Below, piece after piece: positions 16,029 to 24,236 of a DNA stretch of 64,000 nt. Source of the stretch: Bacillota bacterium (GTDB taxonomy: Bacteria > Bacillota > Sulfobacillia > Sulfobacillales > JAIMBI01); contig JAKADP010000001.1 of assembly GCA_021820465.1 (NCBI GenBank), positions 45,119-109,118 on the forward strand. The letters run 5' to 3'. Position numbers and translations under genes: made by a program. Under the pieces are notes generated by a model. That model ran no database searches, was not told the origin of the DNA, and worked only from the letters and a program-made list of their open reading frames with translations. The stretch's first letter is position 1, and every line of letters begins with the position of its first letter.

Positions 16029-17219
16029 CTATTGCACAGGGACCATGAGGCGGTCCAGCCGGGCAAAGGCCTCCGCCAGCCGCTCCTCCGACGACGCCAG
16101 AGACAGGCGCACCGCCTGCGGTTCGCCAAAGCCAGAGCCCGCCACCGCCGCCACGCGCGCTCCCTCTAGCCAGGCGCGCACCACATCGTCGCCGCTGGCA
16201 ATGGTCACACCGGCCAGCGTGTGGCCCACCAGCGCCGTGGTGTCCACCCAGAGATAAAACGCTCCATCCGGCACGCGGCCCGCCAGCGGAGCCGACCGCG
16301 CCAGCCACTCGCCGGCCATCTGGCGGCGGGTGGCAAAGGTACTCCGCATGCGCGCCACTTCCGGCAAGGGGGCTGTGACGGCGGCCAGCGCGGCCGCTTG
16401 GGCAATGGACGTGGGGTTGCCGGTCGCCTGTCCCTGCAGGCGCTCCATGGCGGCAATAACCGGGCCCGGCCCGGCCGCGTACCCAATCCGCCATCCGGTC
16501 ATGGCAAAGGTTTTGGAGAGGCCATGCACGTAGATCAGCCGGTCCCGAAGATCCGCCGCAGAGGCAAACGATCGGTGGACGGCGGGGGGATACACCAATT
16601 GGCTGTAGATTTCGTCGGAAATCACCCATAAGTCCCGCTCCACACAGAAGGCGGCGATGCGATCCACTTCGGCCGGGTCGATCACCGCGCCCGTCGGGTT
16701 GTTGGGGCTGTTGACCACCAAGCCGCGCACCCCCGGCTGCCAGGCGGCCTCCAGCGCCGCCGCCGTCAGCCGATGCCCCTGCTCGGCGGGCGTCGGCACC
16801 GGAACCACCGTGCCTCCGGCGAAGCGAATGTGCTCAGGGTAGGTGACCCAGTACGGCGCCGGCACCAGCACCAAGTCGCCGGGATTCACGAGCGTCAGGA
16901 AGGCGTTGAACAGGGCTTGCTTTGCGCCGGCGGAGACCATCACCTCCGTGGGGGCGTACGTAGCCCCCGTCTCGGCCTGGATGTGCCGCGCCAGCGCCTG
17001 GCGCAGCGCCACGGTGCCCCCCGCGGGGGTATAGTGCGTGTCTCCGGCGCCAATGGCCGCGACGGCGGCGGCAGCCACCGCCGCGGGCGTGTCAAAGTCG
17101 GGCTCGCCGAGCCCCAGGTTCACCACGTCGACTCCGGCAGCAGCCAGCGCCTTGGCCCGCTGGTCCATGGCCAACGTGGGGGATGGGGTCAAATTAACGA
17201 CCCGCTGTGCAAGTTTCAT
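16029..17219 (-). CDS. Aspartate/aromatic aminotransferase (class I PLP enzyme)
   Basis: ORF 16029..17402 with ATG 17219 after GGAGG. It contains NLGLGEPDFDTP, YTPAGG, NSPNNPTG and HGLSKTFAMTGWRIGY (PLP lysine). Confidence 0.85.
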   Translation of the reverse strand: MKLAQRVVNLTPSPTLAMDQRAKALAAAGVDVVNLGLGEPDFDTPAAVAAAAVAAIGAGDTHYTPAGGTVALRQALARHIQAETGATYAPTEVMVSAGAKQALFNAFLTLVNPGDLVLVPAPYWVTYPEHIRFAGGTVVPVPTPAEQGHRLTAAALEAAWQPGVRGLVVNSPNNPTGAVIDPAEVDRIAAFCVERDLWVISDEIYSQLVYPPAVHRSFASAADLRDRLIYVHGLSKTFAMTGWRIGYAAGPGPVIAAMERLQGQATGNPTSIAQAAALAAVTAPLPEVARMRSTFATRRQMAGEWLARSAPLAGRVPDGAFYLWVDTTALVGHTLAGVTIASGDDVVRAWLEGARVAAVAGSGFGEPQAVRLSLASSEERLAEAFARLDRLMVPVQ

Positions 17220-17265
17220 GGGCGCCTCCTTCAAAAACCCCACGAGCAGTGGACTCCCGGTCTGC

Positions 17266-18006
17266 TCAGCGGGGCGGTGTCTCGTGAAACAGCTGGTCTG
17301 CCCACAGGTCCTGCAGCATCTGCTCCAACCGGGCTTCCACCAGCTCCAGAATACGCTCCCCTTTCTCGCGTGTCCCGTGTCGGCCGTCCCCTGTGACCGC
17401 ATGGCGCAGCACAGTCTTGCGCGCGGCTTGGTCCTTGAACCGAAACTTCGGCCGATACGGATTGACGCCGGCGTGAGCCATCTCCACCGCGCTCGGCGCC
17501 AAAGCCAACATCACCGATGTTTCATCCTCACCCGCATGGCCCTGGCCCGCCGTGACCGTCAGAATATCTTGGGCATAGTCCAGCCACCAGTTGCTGATTA
17601 CCACCCGCATGCCCGCATCGGCCAAGCGCTCCGCCGCATGGCCCAGGGCGCCGTTGTTGCCGCCATGGCCATTGACGAGGATCAAGTGGCGAATCCCCCA
17701 GCGGCTCATGGCCAACCCCACCTCAGCCACGTAGTTCTCCAGCGCGGCCGCGGGAATGCTGAGCGTCCCGGGCCACTCCTCCAAGTCCCAGGAGTGGCCA
17801 AACGGCACCGCGGGCGCCACCAGGAGCTCGTCGGGGTGCCGCCGCTCCAGCCGCCGGGCCAGCTCGGCAGGCGCAATGTTGTCGGTCCCGAGCGGGCAGT
17901 GAAAGCCATGCGCCTCCACCGTCCCGGTGGGCAGAATGGCCGTCGACACTTTCCCCATCACCGCTTCAAACTGCCGCGTCGTCATCTGCTCCCAATACAT
18001 GGCCAT
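17266..18006 (-). CDS. Creatininase-family amidohydrolase
   Basis: 246 aa. Family-type motifs are LPTGTVEAHGFHCPLGTD, ILVNGHGGN and HAGEDETS. Confidence 0.75.
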   Translation of the reverse strand: MAMYWEQMTTRQFEAVMGKVSTAILPTGTVEAHGFHCPLGTDNIAPAELARRLERRHPDELLVAPAVPFGHSWDLEEWPGTLSIPAAALENYVAEVGLAMSRWGIRHLILVNGHGGNNGALGHAAERLADAGMRVVISNWWLDYAQDILTVTAGQGHAGEDETSVMLALAPSAVEMAHAGVNPYRPKFRFKDQAARKTVLRHAVTGDGRHGTREKGERILELVEARLEQMLQDLWADQLFHETPPR

Positions 18007-18018
18007 CCCCCGGCTTCC

Positions 18019-18249
18019 CTATGGATTTGCGCGCGGCGGACGGCTCCGGTCCCGGATCCATTTGGCGATCCGGGCCCCCACACGCCCGGCTTCTGCCGCG
18101 CTGAGCCCGCCCCAGCCCAGATCGCGCACCTTTTCGGCCAGACCCAGCTCGCCCGCCGCCTCCCACTTCAACGCGATGCGGGCCAACTCCTCTGCCGTCG
18201 GCTCCTTTTTAGGACGCACCGGGCTGCCGGCTGACTTGACCGTCGTCAT
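18019..18249 (-). CDS. Small acid-soluble spore protein, alpha/beta type (76 aa)
   Basis: ATG 18249 follows GAGGTGG. LKWEAAGELGL and GWGGLSAAEAGRVGARIAKWI match the two conserved alpha/beta-SASP blocks (..E.A.E.G. and ..T...G.VGG.I.K..). Confidence 0.7.
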   Translation of the reverse strand: MTTVKSAGSPVRPKKEPTAEELARIALKWEAAGELGLAEKVRDLGWGGLSAAEAGRVGARIAKWIRDRSRPPRANP

Positions 18250-18349
18250 CTCACACCACCTCAGGCGAAAGCCTGCCCCCGCCACCTACAACTGAGCCGC
18301 GGCTGCATGGGCGCAAGCCGCGGCCCGACGGCGCTTGCCGAGGCCGGTC

Positions 18350-19072
18350 CTACTTCAGGGTGGTCAGCCACCCCACCAGGTATTTCAAGGCGGCGGGCGG
18401 CAGGTTCAGCTGGGGCATGCCCCCCTCAGGCTGCACCAGCTGGTGGCGAATTTCGGACGCGGTCAGGATGCTGCCCACGTTGGTCAGCGGAGGCGGATAG
18501 ATGTACTGCCCATCAGGCAACTTGAAGACGCCGGTCTGGTTGCCCAGCGGACCCAGCGCGTGGCAGGTGGCGCACGAACTGGTGTAAATCGCCATGGGCT
18601 CGGCCGCCACCAGCGTCTTGTGCGTGTACACGCCATTGGCCGTAAAGTAGCCAAAAAACACAAAGCCAAACAGCAAGATGGCCAGCATCACCGGGCGCTT
18701 CAACAGGCGCCGCTCCTTGTGCCGATCGATGAAGGGCACGCCGATGAAAATCATCACACCCACCGTGGGCAGAGCAAACATCAGGATCCAGTCCAGGGAT
18801 GTGAGCCCCAGTACGCTCCAGTAGTAGCCTCCGACGTCAAACAGGTTCTGCACCCAGTAGAAGTACCAGTCGGGCGCGGGCTGGAACGCCCAGTCGCCCG
18901 GGTCCGCGCGCGCGCCCAGCGGCACCGGCGTAAAATGCGCAAACAGCACCAAGACAAACACTGCCACAAAGCCCACCACCAGCTCCTTCAGCAGGTGTTC
19001 GGGCCAAAACGGCACCACCGTTGGGCTTTGGTACTCCTTGGCCTGGTGCCCAGGGTGTAAGTCATCCGCCAT
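18350..19072 (-). CDS. qcrC: Menaquinol-cytochrome c reductase cytochrome b/c subunit (subunit IV fused to c-type cytochrome)
   Basis: 240 aa. The N-terminal part is subunit IV-like with TM helices (PFWPEHLLKE...). The C-terminal part is a haem c domain with CATCH. GAGGAGG SD. Confidence 0.85.
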   Translation of the reverse strand: MADDLHPGHQAKEYQSPTVVPFWPEHLLKELVVGFVAVFVLVLFAHFTPVPLGARADPGDWAFQPAPDWYFYWVQNLFDVGGYYWSVLGLTSLDWILMFALPTVGVMIFIGVPFIDRHKERRLLKRPVMLAILLFGFVFFGYFTANGVYTHKTLVAAEPMAIYTSSCATCHALGPLGNQTGVFKLPDGQYIYPPPLTNVGSILTASEIRHQLVQPEGGMPQLNLPPAALKYLVGWLTTLK

Positions 19073-19118
19073 TGGCGCCCCTCCTCGGTCACACAGTCGT
19101 CGGAACCTCTCGTCCGGC

Positions 19119-19790
19119 TTAGTACGGCCCCGTGATCCCGTTGCGGCGAATCATGAGAAAGTGGAGCCCCAACAGACCCAGGAGGGCGGCCGGCAAGAAC
19201 AGCACATGCACCGCGAAAAACCGCGACAGGGTCGCGGCCCCAATGCTGGGTCCGCCCGCGACGGCCAGGAACAGCGCGTTGCCGATAAAGGGCACGTACT
19301 TCACGAAGTTGACGCCCACCTGGGTGGCAAAGTACGCTTTTTCATCCCAGGGCAACAGGTAGCCCGTGAAGCCAAACCCCAGAATGATCAGCATCATGAG
19401 GCTGCCGACAATCCAGTTGAGCTCCCGGGGCTTTCGATACGCCCCCATCCAGTAGATGCGCAGCATGTGCAGCGTCACCATAATGATGATCAATGATGAG
19501 CCCCAGTTGTGCATCGCCAGCACCTGGCTTCCGAAAGCCACCTGGGTCATGATGTAGTGCGTGGAGTTGTACGAGTTAATGATATCAGGAACATAGTACA
19601 GGGCGAGAAACATGCCCGTGACGAACTGCGCAATGATGAGCAAAAACGTGACGCCGCCGAAGCAATAGACAAACGCTTTGACATGCTCGCTCGGGTTCAC
19701 ATGATCCGGCACGGGATGGTCAGCCAAGTCGCGCCACAGCGGCGAAACCATTAAGCGTTCGTCCACCCATTGCACCAAGCGCGTCCACAT
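19119..19790 (-). CDS. qcrB: Menaquinol-cytochrome c reductase cytochrome b6-type subunit
   Basis: ORF 19119..19877 with ATG 19790 after GGGGAGGA. It contains WFALYYVP-type helices, haem-ligand His residues (MHNWGSS, TLHMLRIY, FFAVHVLFLP) and PWDEKAYFAT. Confidence 0.9.
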   Translation of the reverse strand: MWTRLVQWVDERLMVSPLWRDLADHPVPDHVNPSEHVKAFVYCFGGVTFLLIIAQFVTGMFLALYYVPDIINSYNSTHYIMTQVAFGSQVLAMHNWGSSLIIIMVTLHMLRIYWMGAYRKPRELNWIVGSLMMLIILGFGFTGYLLPWDEKAYFATQVGVNFVKYVPFIGNALFLAVAGGPSIGAATLSRFFAVHVLFLPAALLGLLGLHFLMIRRNGITGPY

Positions 19791-19980
19791 GCTTGCGTCC
19801 TCCCCATCGGGCCCTGGGGGGCAGGCCCGACGTGTTTTAGTCGACCGACCGGAGCAGCAGGCCGACCCTGCGCCCAAGGGGCGCCTCCGACCGGAGCCTG
19901 CCGTCCCAAGCGTCTAAGATTCGCGGCCATAAACCCGGTGGGTAAGCCGTTGTCCTGGGCTGTTCTCGAAAGCTGTTGTC

Positions 19981-20009
19981 ATCATACGGGCGTCCAGAAA
20001 CCCCGTCAA
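19981..20009 (-). promoter_or_regulatory. Near-consensus sigma-A promoter TTGACG-N17-TATGAT upstream of qcrB
   Basis: Minus-strand -35 is TTGACG (20009-20004). Spacer is exactly 17 nt. Minus-strand -10 is TATGAT (19986-19981). It predicts a leader of about 180 nt before the qcrB ATG at 19790. Confidence 0.5.
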
Positions 20010-20047
20010 TCAACAGGGCAGGAATTGATTGGCCGTCCTTGCAGGAA

Positions 20048-21022
20048 TCAGCGCACGCCCGCCACGGCCACGCCGACAAATAGAAAGTAAAACGCGCCGG
20101 CGCACACTAAGTCCCGCGGGGATAATCCTCGGCGCCGCACCGACAGATACACAAACAGCGCGGCCGCGAGGGCCAGCACGCCCACGGCCCCCTCCAGCGG
20201 ATTGAGCCGCCACGGCGTGAGCCACATGCCCAACGCCGGCACCAGCGACGCCTGGAAGGCCATGGCCCCCGTGACATTGCCCAAGGCGAGCGCGTCGGCG
20301 CCGCGCCGAATCCAAATCACCGAGTTGAGAACTTCCGGCAGCTCAGTGGCCACCGGCGTCAGAATCACCGAGAGCAAAAACCCGCTCCATCCGCTCTGCC
20401 GCGCCCACACTTCTAAGGCCGTCACGAAATAGTGCGCCCCCACCACCAGACCGGCCAGCGCCATCGCCACCTGTCCCACCACCACCCAGAGCGGCGGCGG
20501 CACTTGTCGCGTCAGGTGGAGCGCGGTGGTGGGCGTCTCGGCGGGCGACTGCCGCCCCGACCGCAGCACGGTGCGGGCAAACACCAGGTACGCGACGACC
20601 AACCCACCCGCCCAGTACGCTTTGACGGGCTGGGGCAGCCAGGTGCCCAGCAGCGCGGCACCAAAGACCGCCAGGAAGAAGCTCAAGTCACGCGCGACCG
20701 CCTCTGGGCGGGCGGTCCGCGGGCGCCCGCGCCATCCGGGCCATCCCAGCGATACGCCCAGCACGAGAAACCCCAGGGTGGCCAGCATAAAAGGGGCCCC
20801 GAGGATCGCTCCCAGGCCCACCGCCGCCGCGCCGCCCGCCCCCGACACCAGCGCGATGACCGGCACCAGCGTCTCGGGCAGGGCCGTCCCCAACGCCGCC
20901 ATCAACGTGCCGACGGCGCTGGCATTCAAGCCCAGCGCCTTGCCCAGCCACTCGATCCCGTTCGTAAAGTAGTCCGCCGACAGCACGATGAGAATCATGC
21001 CCGAGAGAATCACCAACAGCAT
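20048..21022 (-). CDS. Ca2+/Na+ (CaCA family) antiporter
   Basis: 324 aa, multi-pass. It has two alpha-repeat-like motifs: GTLMAALGTALPETLV and VATELPEVLNS...GNVTGA. Confidence 0.8.
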   Translation of the reverse strand: MLLVILSGMILIVLSADYFTNGIEWLGKALGLNASAVGTLMAALGTALPETLVPVIALVSGAGGAAAVGLGAILGAPFMLATLGFLVLGVSLGWPGWRGRPRTARPEAVARDLSFFLAVFGAALLGTWLPQPVKAYWAGGLVVAYLVFARTVLRSGRQSPAETPTTALHLTRQVPPPLWVVVGQVAMALAGLVVGAHYFVTALEVWARQSGWSGFLLSVILTPVATELPEVLNSVIWIRRGADALALGNVTGAMAFQASLVPALGMWLTPWRLNPLEGAVGVLALAAALFVYLSVRRRGLSPRDLVCAGAFYFLFVGVAVAGVR

Positions 21023-21074
21023 GGCACTGCCCCTTGCCCCGCCCTTGAGGCAGTATACGGCTAGGGGGAGCGGC

Positions 21075-21551
21075 TCATCCTCCCGTGGTCAGCCCGGCAT
21101 AGCCCCGCTGCCGCATCACCTCGTACATCGCGAGGGCCGCCGCGTTCGAGAGGTTTAGCGACCGCAGCCCCGGACGCATCGGAATCACGCGCCAGCGGTC
21201 GGGATGGGCGGCCAGCAGGCTGTCCGGCAACCCAGTGGATTCCCGGCCAAAGACCAGCACGCTGGCGTCGCCATACTGGGTTTGGTCGAAGCGCTGGCCG
21301 CCTCGGCTGGTAAACAAGTGCAGGCGGTCGGGATGCCGAATCTCATCGGGCAGGGCATCCCACGTCGCATAGCGGCGCACCTCCACGAGATGCCAATAGT
21401 CCACGCCGGCGCGCTTGACTCGGGGGTCGAGCCACTGGAATCCCAGCGGCTCCACGAGATGCAGGCGCGCCCCCACGGCCGCACACGTCCGCGCGATGTT
21501 TCCTGTGTTGGGCGGAATCTCCGGCTCCACCAGCACGACGTCGAGTGTCAC
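21075..21551 (-). CDS. trmL: tRNA (cytidine/uridine-2'-O)-methyltransferase TrmL (SpoU family)
   Basis: 158 aa. It contains VVLVEPEIPPNTGNIARTCAA, LVFGRESTGLP and IPMRPGLRSLNLSNAAALAMYE. Confidence 0.85.
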   Translation of the reverse strand: MTLDVVLVEPEIPPNTGNIARTCAAVGARLHLVEPLGFQWLDPRVKRAGVDYWHLVEVRRYATWDALPDEIRHPDRLHLFTSRGGQRFDQTQYGDASVLVFGRESTGLPDSLLAAHPDRWRVIPMRPGLRSLNLSNAAALAMYEVMRQRGYAGLTTGG

Positions 21552-22399
21552 GGGCTTTCGGGCTGGCGCACTAACGCCTCAAAGGCATCGTACAGGCGGC
21601 GGGTGATGGGCCCCGCCGCCGGCCCCAGCCGGCGGCCGTCCACGGTGGTCACCGGCTCCACACCGCACCCCGTATGCGTCAGGAACACCTCATCCACCTG
21701 CGCGAGGTCCTCTACGACGACCGGCTCCAGCCGAACCGGGATGCCTGCGGCCTCCGCCAGCTCCAGCACCACCTGCCGGCTGATGCCCGGCAGGATGTAG
21801 TTGGTCACGGGGGCCGTCTGCACCGCGCCGTCCCGCACGACAAAGAAGTTCGCGGAGGTGGCCTCGATGGCCATGCCATCGCGCACAAACACGGCATCGT
21901 CGGCCCCGGCGCGGCGCGCCTTCTCCTTGGCCAGCACGTTGGGCAAGAGATTCACCGTCTTGATCCAGCACTTCGCCCAGCGGTCATCCGGCACGGTCAC
22001 CACTCGAATGCCCGCGAGAAATTGATCTGGGGGCAGCGCATGGTACGGTCGGCACCAGGCCAGCACGGTTGGGGGAACCGGGGGATCGGGAAAGGGATGG
22101 TTGCGCGGCGAAGCCCCGCGGCTGACTTGAATGTACACCAGGGCATCGGGGATGGACGCGCCCTCCACGGCCGCCAGCTCATGCACCACTTCCTCCAGCT
22201 GCCGCAAATCCAGCGCCGGGAGCCACACCCCGGCCAGGCTGCGTCCCAGGCGGGCTAGGTGCGCCCCCAGCCGAAAGGGACGGCCGTCATACAGTCGAAT
22301 CACTTCGTACACGGCATCCCCAAAGAGAAAGCCGCGATCGTCAAAGGACACACGCGCCTCGCTCTCGTCCACAAATGCCCCGTTCAGGTAAACGCGCAC
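21548..22399 (-). CDS. dat: D-amino-acid (D-alanine) aminotransferase, fold-type IV
   Basis: 283 aa. FDDRGFLFGDAVYEVIRLY, YIQVSRGASPRNHPFP and RWAKCWIKTVNLLPNVLAKEKA align closely with the Bacillus Dat sequence as I remember it. Confidence 0.8.
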   Translation of the reverse strand: MRVYLNGAFVDESEARVSFDDRGFLFGDAVYEVIRLYDGRPFRLGAHLARLGRSLAGVWLPALDLRQLEEVVHELAAVEGASIPDALVYIQVSRGASPRNHPFPDPPVPPTVLAWCRPYHALPPDQFLAGIRVVTVPDDRWAKCWIKTVNLLPNVLAKEKARRAGADDAVFVRDGMAIEATSANFFVVRDGAVQTAPVTNYILPGISRQVVLELAEAAGIPVRLEPVVVEDLAQVDEVFLTHTGCGVEPVTTVDGRRLGPAAGPITRRLYDAFEALVRQPESP

Positions 22400-22441
22400 G
22401 GCTCCCCTCCTATCTTCTCACCCCGCGCGGCCCCGCGCGTC

Positions 22442-22645
22442 TCAGCCCATATGCCCCAAGTGCTCCGCCAGCACCTCGTGCGCCTCTTCGGCCTCCCCGT
22501 CTGGCACCAGAATCTCAATGCTGCCCTTGCCGTCGGCCGAGGAGTCAATCGGACGCATCGTCACCATGAGGCCTTCCTCCCGCAGTACGGCGACCAGGCG
22601 ATTGGCGGCCGCGGAGCTTGTGGCGATGTATACCACTGTCCACAT
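22442..22645 (-). CDS. Small conserved-looking hypothetical protein (67 aa)
   Basis: ATG 22645 is preceded by AGGAGG. The product is MWTVVYIATSSAAANRLVAVLREEGLMVTMRPID...IEILVPDGEAEEAHEVL, a balanced composition unlike shadow ORFs. The longer ORF 22442..22825 is an Arg-rich extension. Confidence 0.5.
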   Translation of the reverse strand: MWTVVYIATSSAAANRLVAVLREEGLMVTMRPIDSSADGKGSIEILVPDGEAEEAHEVLAEHLGHMG

Positions 22646-22706
22646 CGTTGCGCCTCCTTTCCTGTCCCTCCGCACCCCTGATGGGTCGGCATGGACGCGG
22701 AGCGAG

Positions 22707-24236
22707 TTATGCCAGCTCCAAGGGATGCGACTCGCCGGATCCGGATCCCTTCTCGCCCGCCGCCCGCATGCCTGAGAGGCCCGTCGCGACCAGGGACAAC
22801 AGGGCCAAGCCCAAGAAGGCGGCATGAATGGCCGGCACCCACTGGCTCGGGGCCGCGTGGGTGGTGCTGACGCCGAGCCCCAGCAGAATCGCCGTCATCA
22901 CGGCGAGGGAGAATGCGGTCCCAAAGCTCATGCCCAGTGACCGCGACATGTTCAGAATCCCGCCCGCCACGCCCAGATGCTCCTTGGGCGAGCTGCCCAT
23001 GACGGAGCTGTTGTTGGGCGGGGTGAACAGACCCAATCCGGCCCCCACCAAGAGAAGCTCACCCACCACGATGGGAATGCTCACGCCGGACCCGAGGGTG
23101 ATGCCCAGTAGGAGGCAGCCGACGGTGGTCAGCCCCATGCCCGAGGTGGTGAGCACCCGTGATCCATACCGATCCGCCAAGCCACCCGCAATCGGGGCCA
23201 GCACCGTCATGGCCACAGGCACTGGGGTCAGCAGCAACCCGATGGTCGCTTCCGGAAAGGCCAGCACTTCCTTGAGGAAATACGGCATGAGCACCAGCGT
23301 CCCGAACATGGCCGCATACGACAGCAGTCCCGTGATGTTGCCGATGGTCATGGTTTTAATGCGAAACAACTCCAGGCGCACCATGGGCGACGGGAAGCCC
23401 GCCTCTCGGCGGATGAACAGCCACAGCAGCACGAGGCCTAGGGCAAACAAGCCGAGAATCGACAGCGCGGTCCAGCCCCAGTCTGGCCCCTCGGTAAGGG
23501 CCAGCATGATGCTCACCAGAAACCCTGCGAAGTAGGCCATGCCGCCCCAGTCAAACGGCGCATGCGAGTCGCCTGGCCGGTCCTTTGGCAGAATGAAGGC
23601 CCCCAGCAGCGTCCCCACAATGCCCACCGGAACGTTCACATAAAAAATCGCCCGCCACCCAAACAGCGCGATGAGCGCGCCACCAACCGCCGGGCCGATG
23701 CTGAGGCCCACGGCCTGGGCCGATCCCTGAAATCCAATGGCCTTGCCGCGCACGCTCGCGGGCACCGTGGCGGTAATGATGGCCACGGAGTTGGCCTGCA
23801 GCATCGCGGCGCCCAGCGCCTGCAGAACGCGCGACGCGATGAGCATGGGCAGTGAGAGGGCGGCGCCGCAAAGCGCCGACCCAATGATGAACACCAAGAA
23901 GCCAAACGTGTAGAGTGGCCGGCGGCCAATCATATCCGCGAAGCGCCCAATGGCCGTTACGGCGCTGGCCAGCGTCAGCAGGTAGGCAATGAGCACCCAG
24001 CTTGCGTCCCCGGCCGTCGCGTGGAAGCTGCCTTGCAGCGTCGGAATAGCCACGTTGACAATGCTGGCATCGACGGCGGCCATGAAGGCCCCCACACACA
24101 CGGTGGCCACCACGTACCAGATGTAGTTGGGCTTCTTGGTGAAACGGGGCGACGGGAGTGCCTCCCAGCGCGCCTTTAATCCCGTCGCCCCTGGTCCCGG
24201 CTGCCCACCGGGCTGCTCCCGGCGCTTGACACCCAT
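22707..24236 (-). CDS. MFS drug:H+ antiporter, 14-TM (EmrB/QacA-like)
   Basis: ORF 22707..24548 with ATG 24236 after GGAGAGGAGG. It contains VDASIVNVAIPT, RFADMIGRRPLY and many TM helices. The start overlaps the moeA 3' end by 61 nt. Confidence 0.8.
   Translation of the reverse strand: MGVKRREQPGGQPGPGATGLKARWEALPSPRFTKKPNYIWYVVATVCVGAFMAAVDASIVNVAIPTLQGSFHATAGDASWVLIAYLLTLASAVTAIGRFADMIGRRPLYTFGFLVFIIGSALCGAALSLPMLIASRVLQALGAAMLQANSVAIITATVPASVRGKAIGFQGSAQAVGLSIGPAVGGALIALFGWRAIFYVNVPVGIVGTLLGAFILPKDRPGDSHAPFDWGGMAYFAGFLVSIMLALTEGPDWGWTALSILGLFALGLVLLWLFIRREAGFPSPMVRLELFRIKTMTIGNITGLLSYAAMFGTLVLMPYFLKEVLAFPEATIGLLLTPVPVAMTVLAPIAGGLADRYGSRVLTTSGMGLTTVGCLLLGITLGSGVSIPIVVGELLLVGAGLGLFTPPNNSSVMGSSPKEHLGVAGGILNMSRSLGMSFGTAFSLAVMTAILLGLGVSTTHAAPSQWVPAIHAAFLGLALLSLVATGLSGMRAAGEKGSGSGESHPLELA

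Noticed and set aside
18250-18349. Looked for a sigma-G promoter (-35 GHATR, -10 CATxxTA) in front of the SASP gene.
   Set aside because: Only weak partial matches were found (CCATGCA ... CAGTTGTA) with wrong spacing. They are not reported as a feature.
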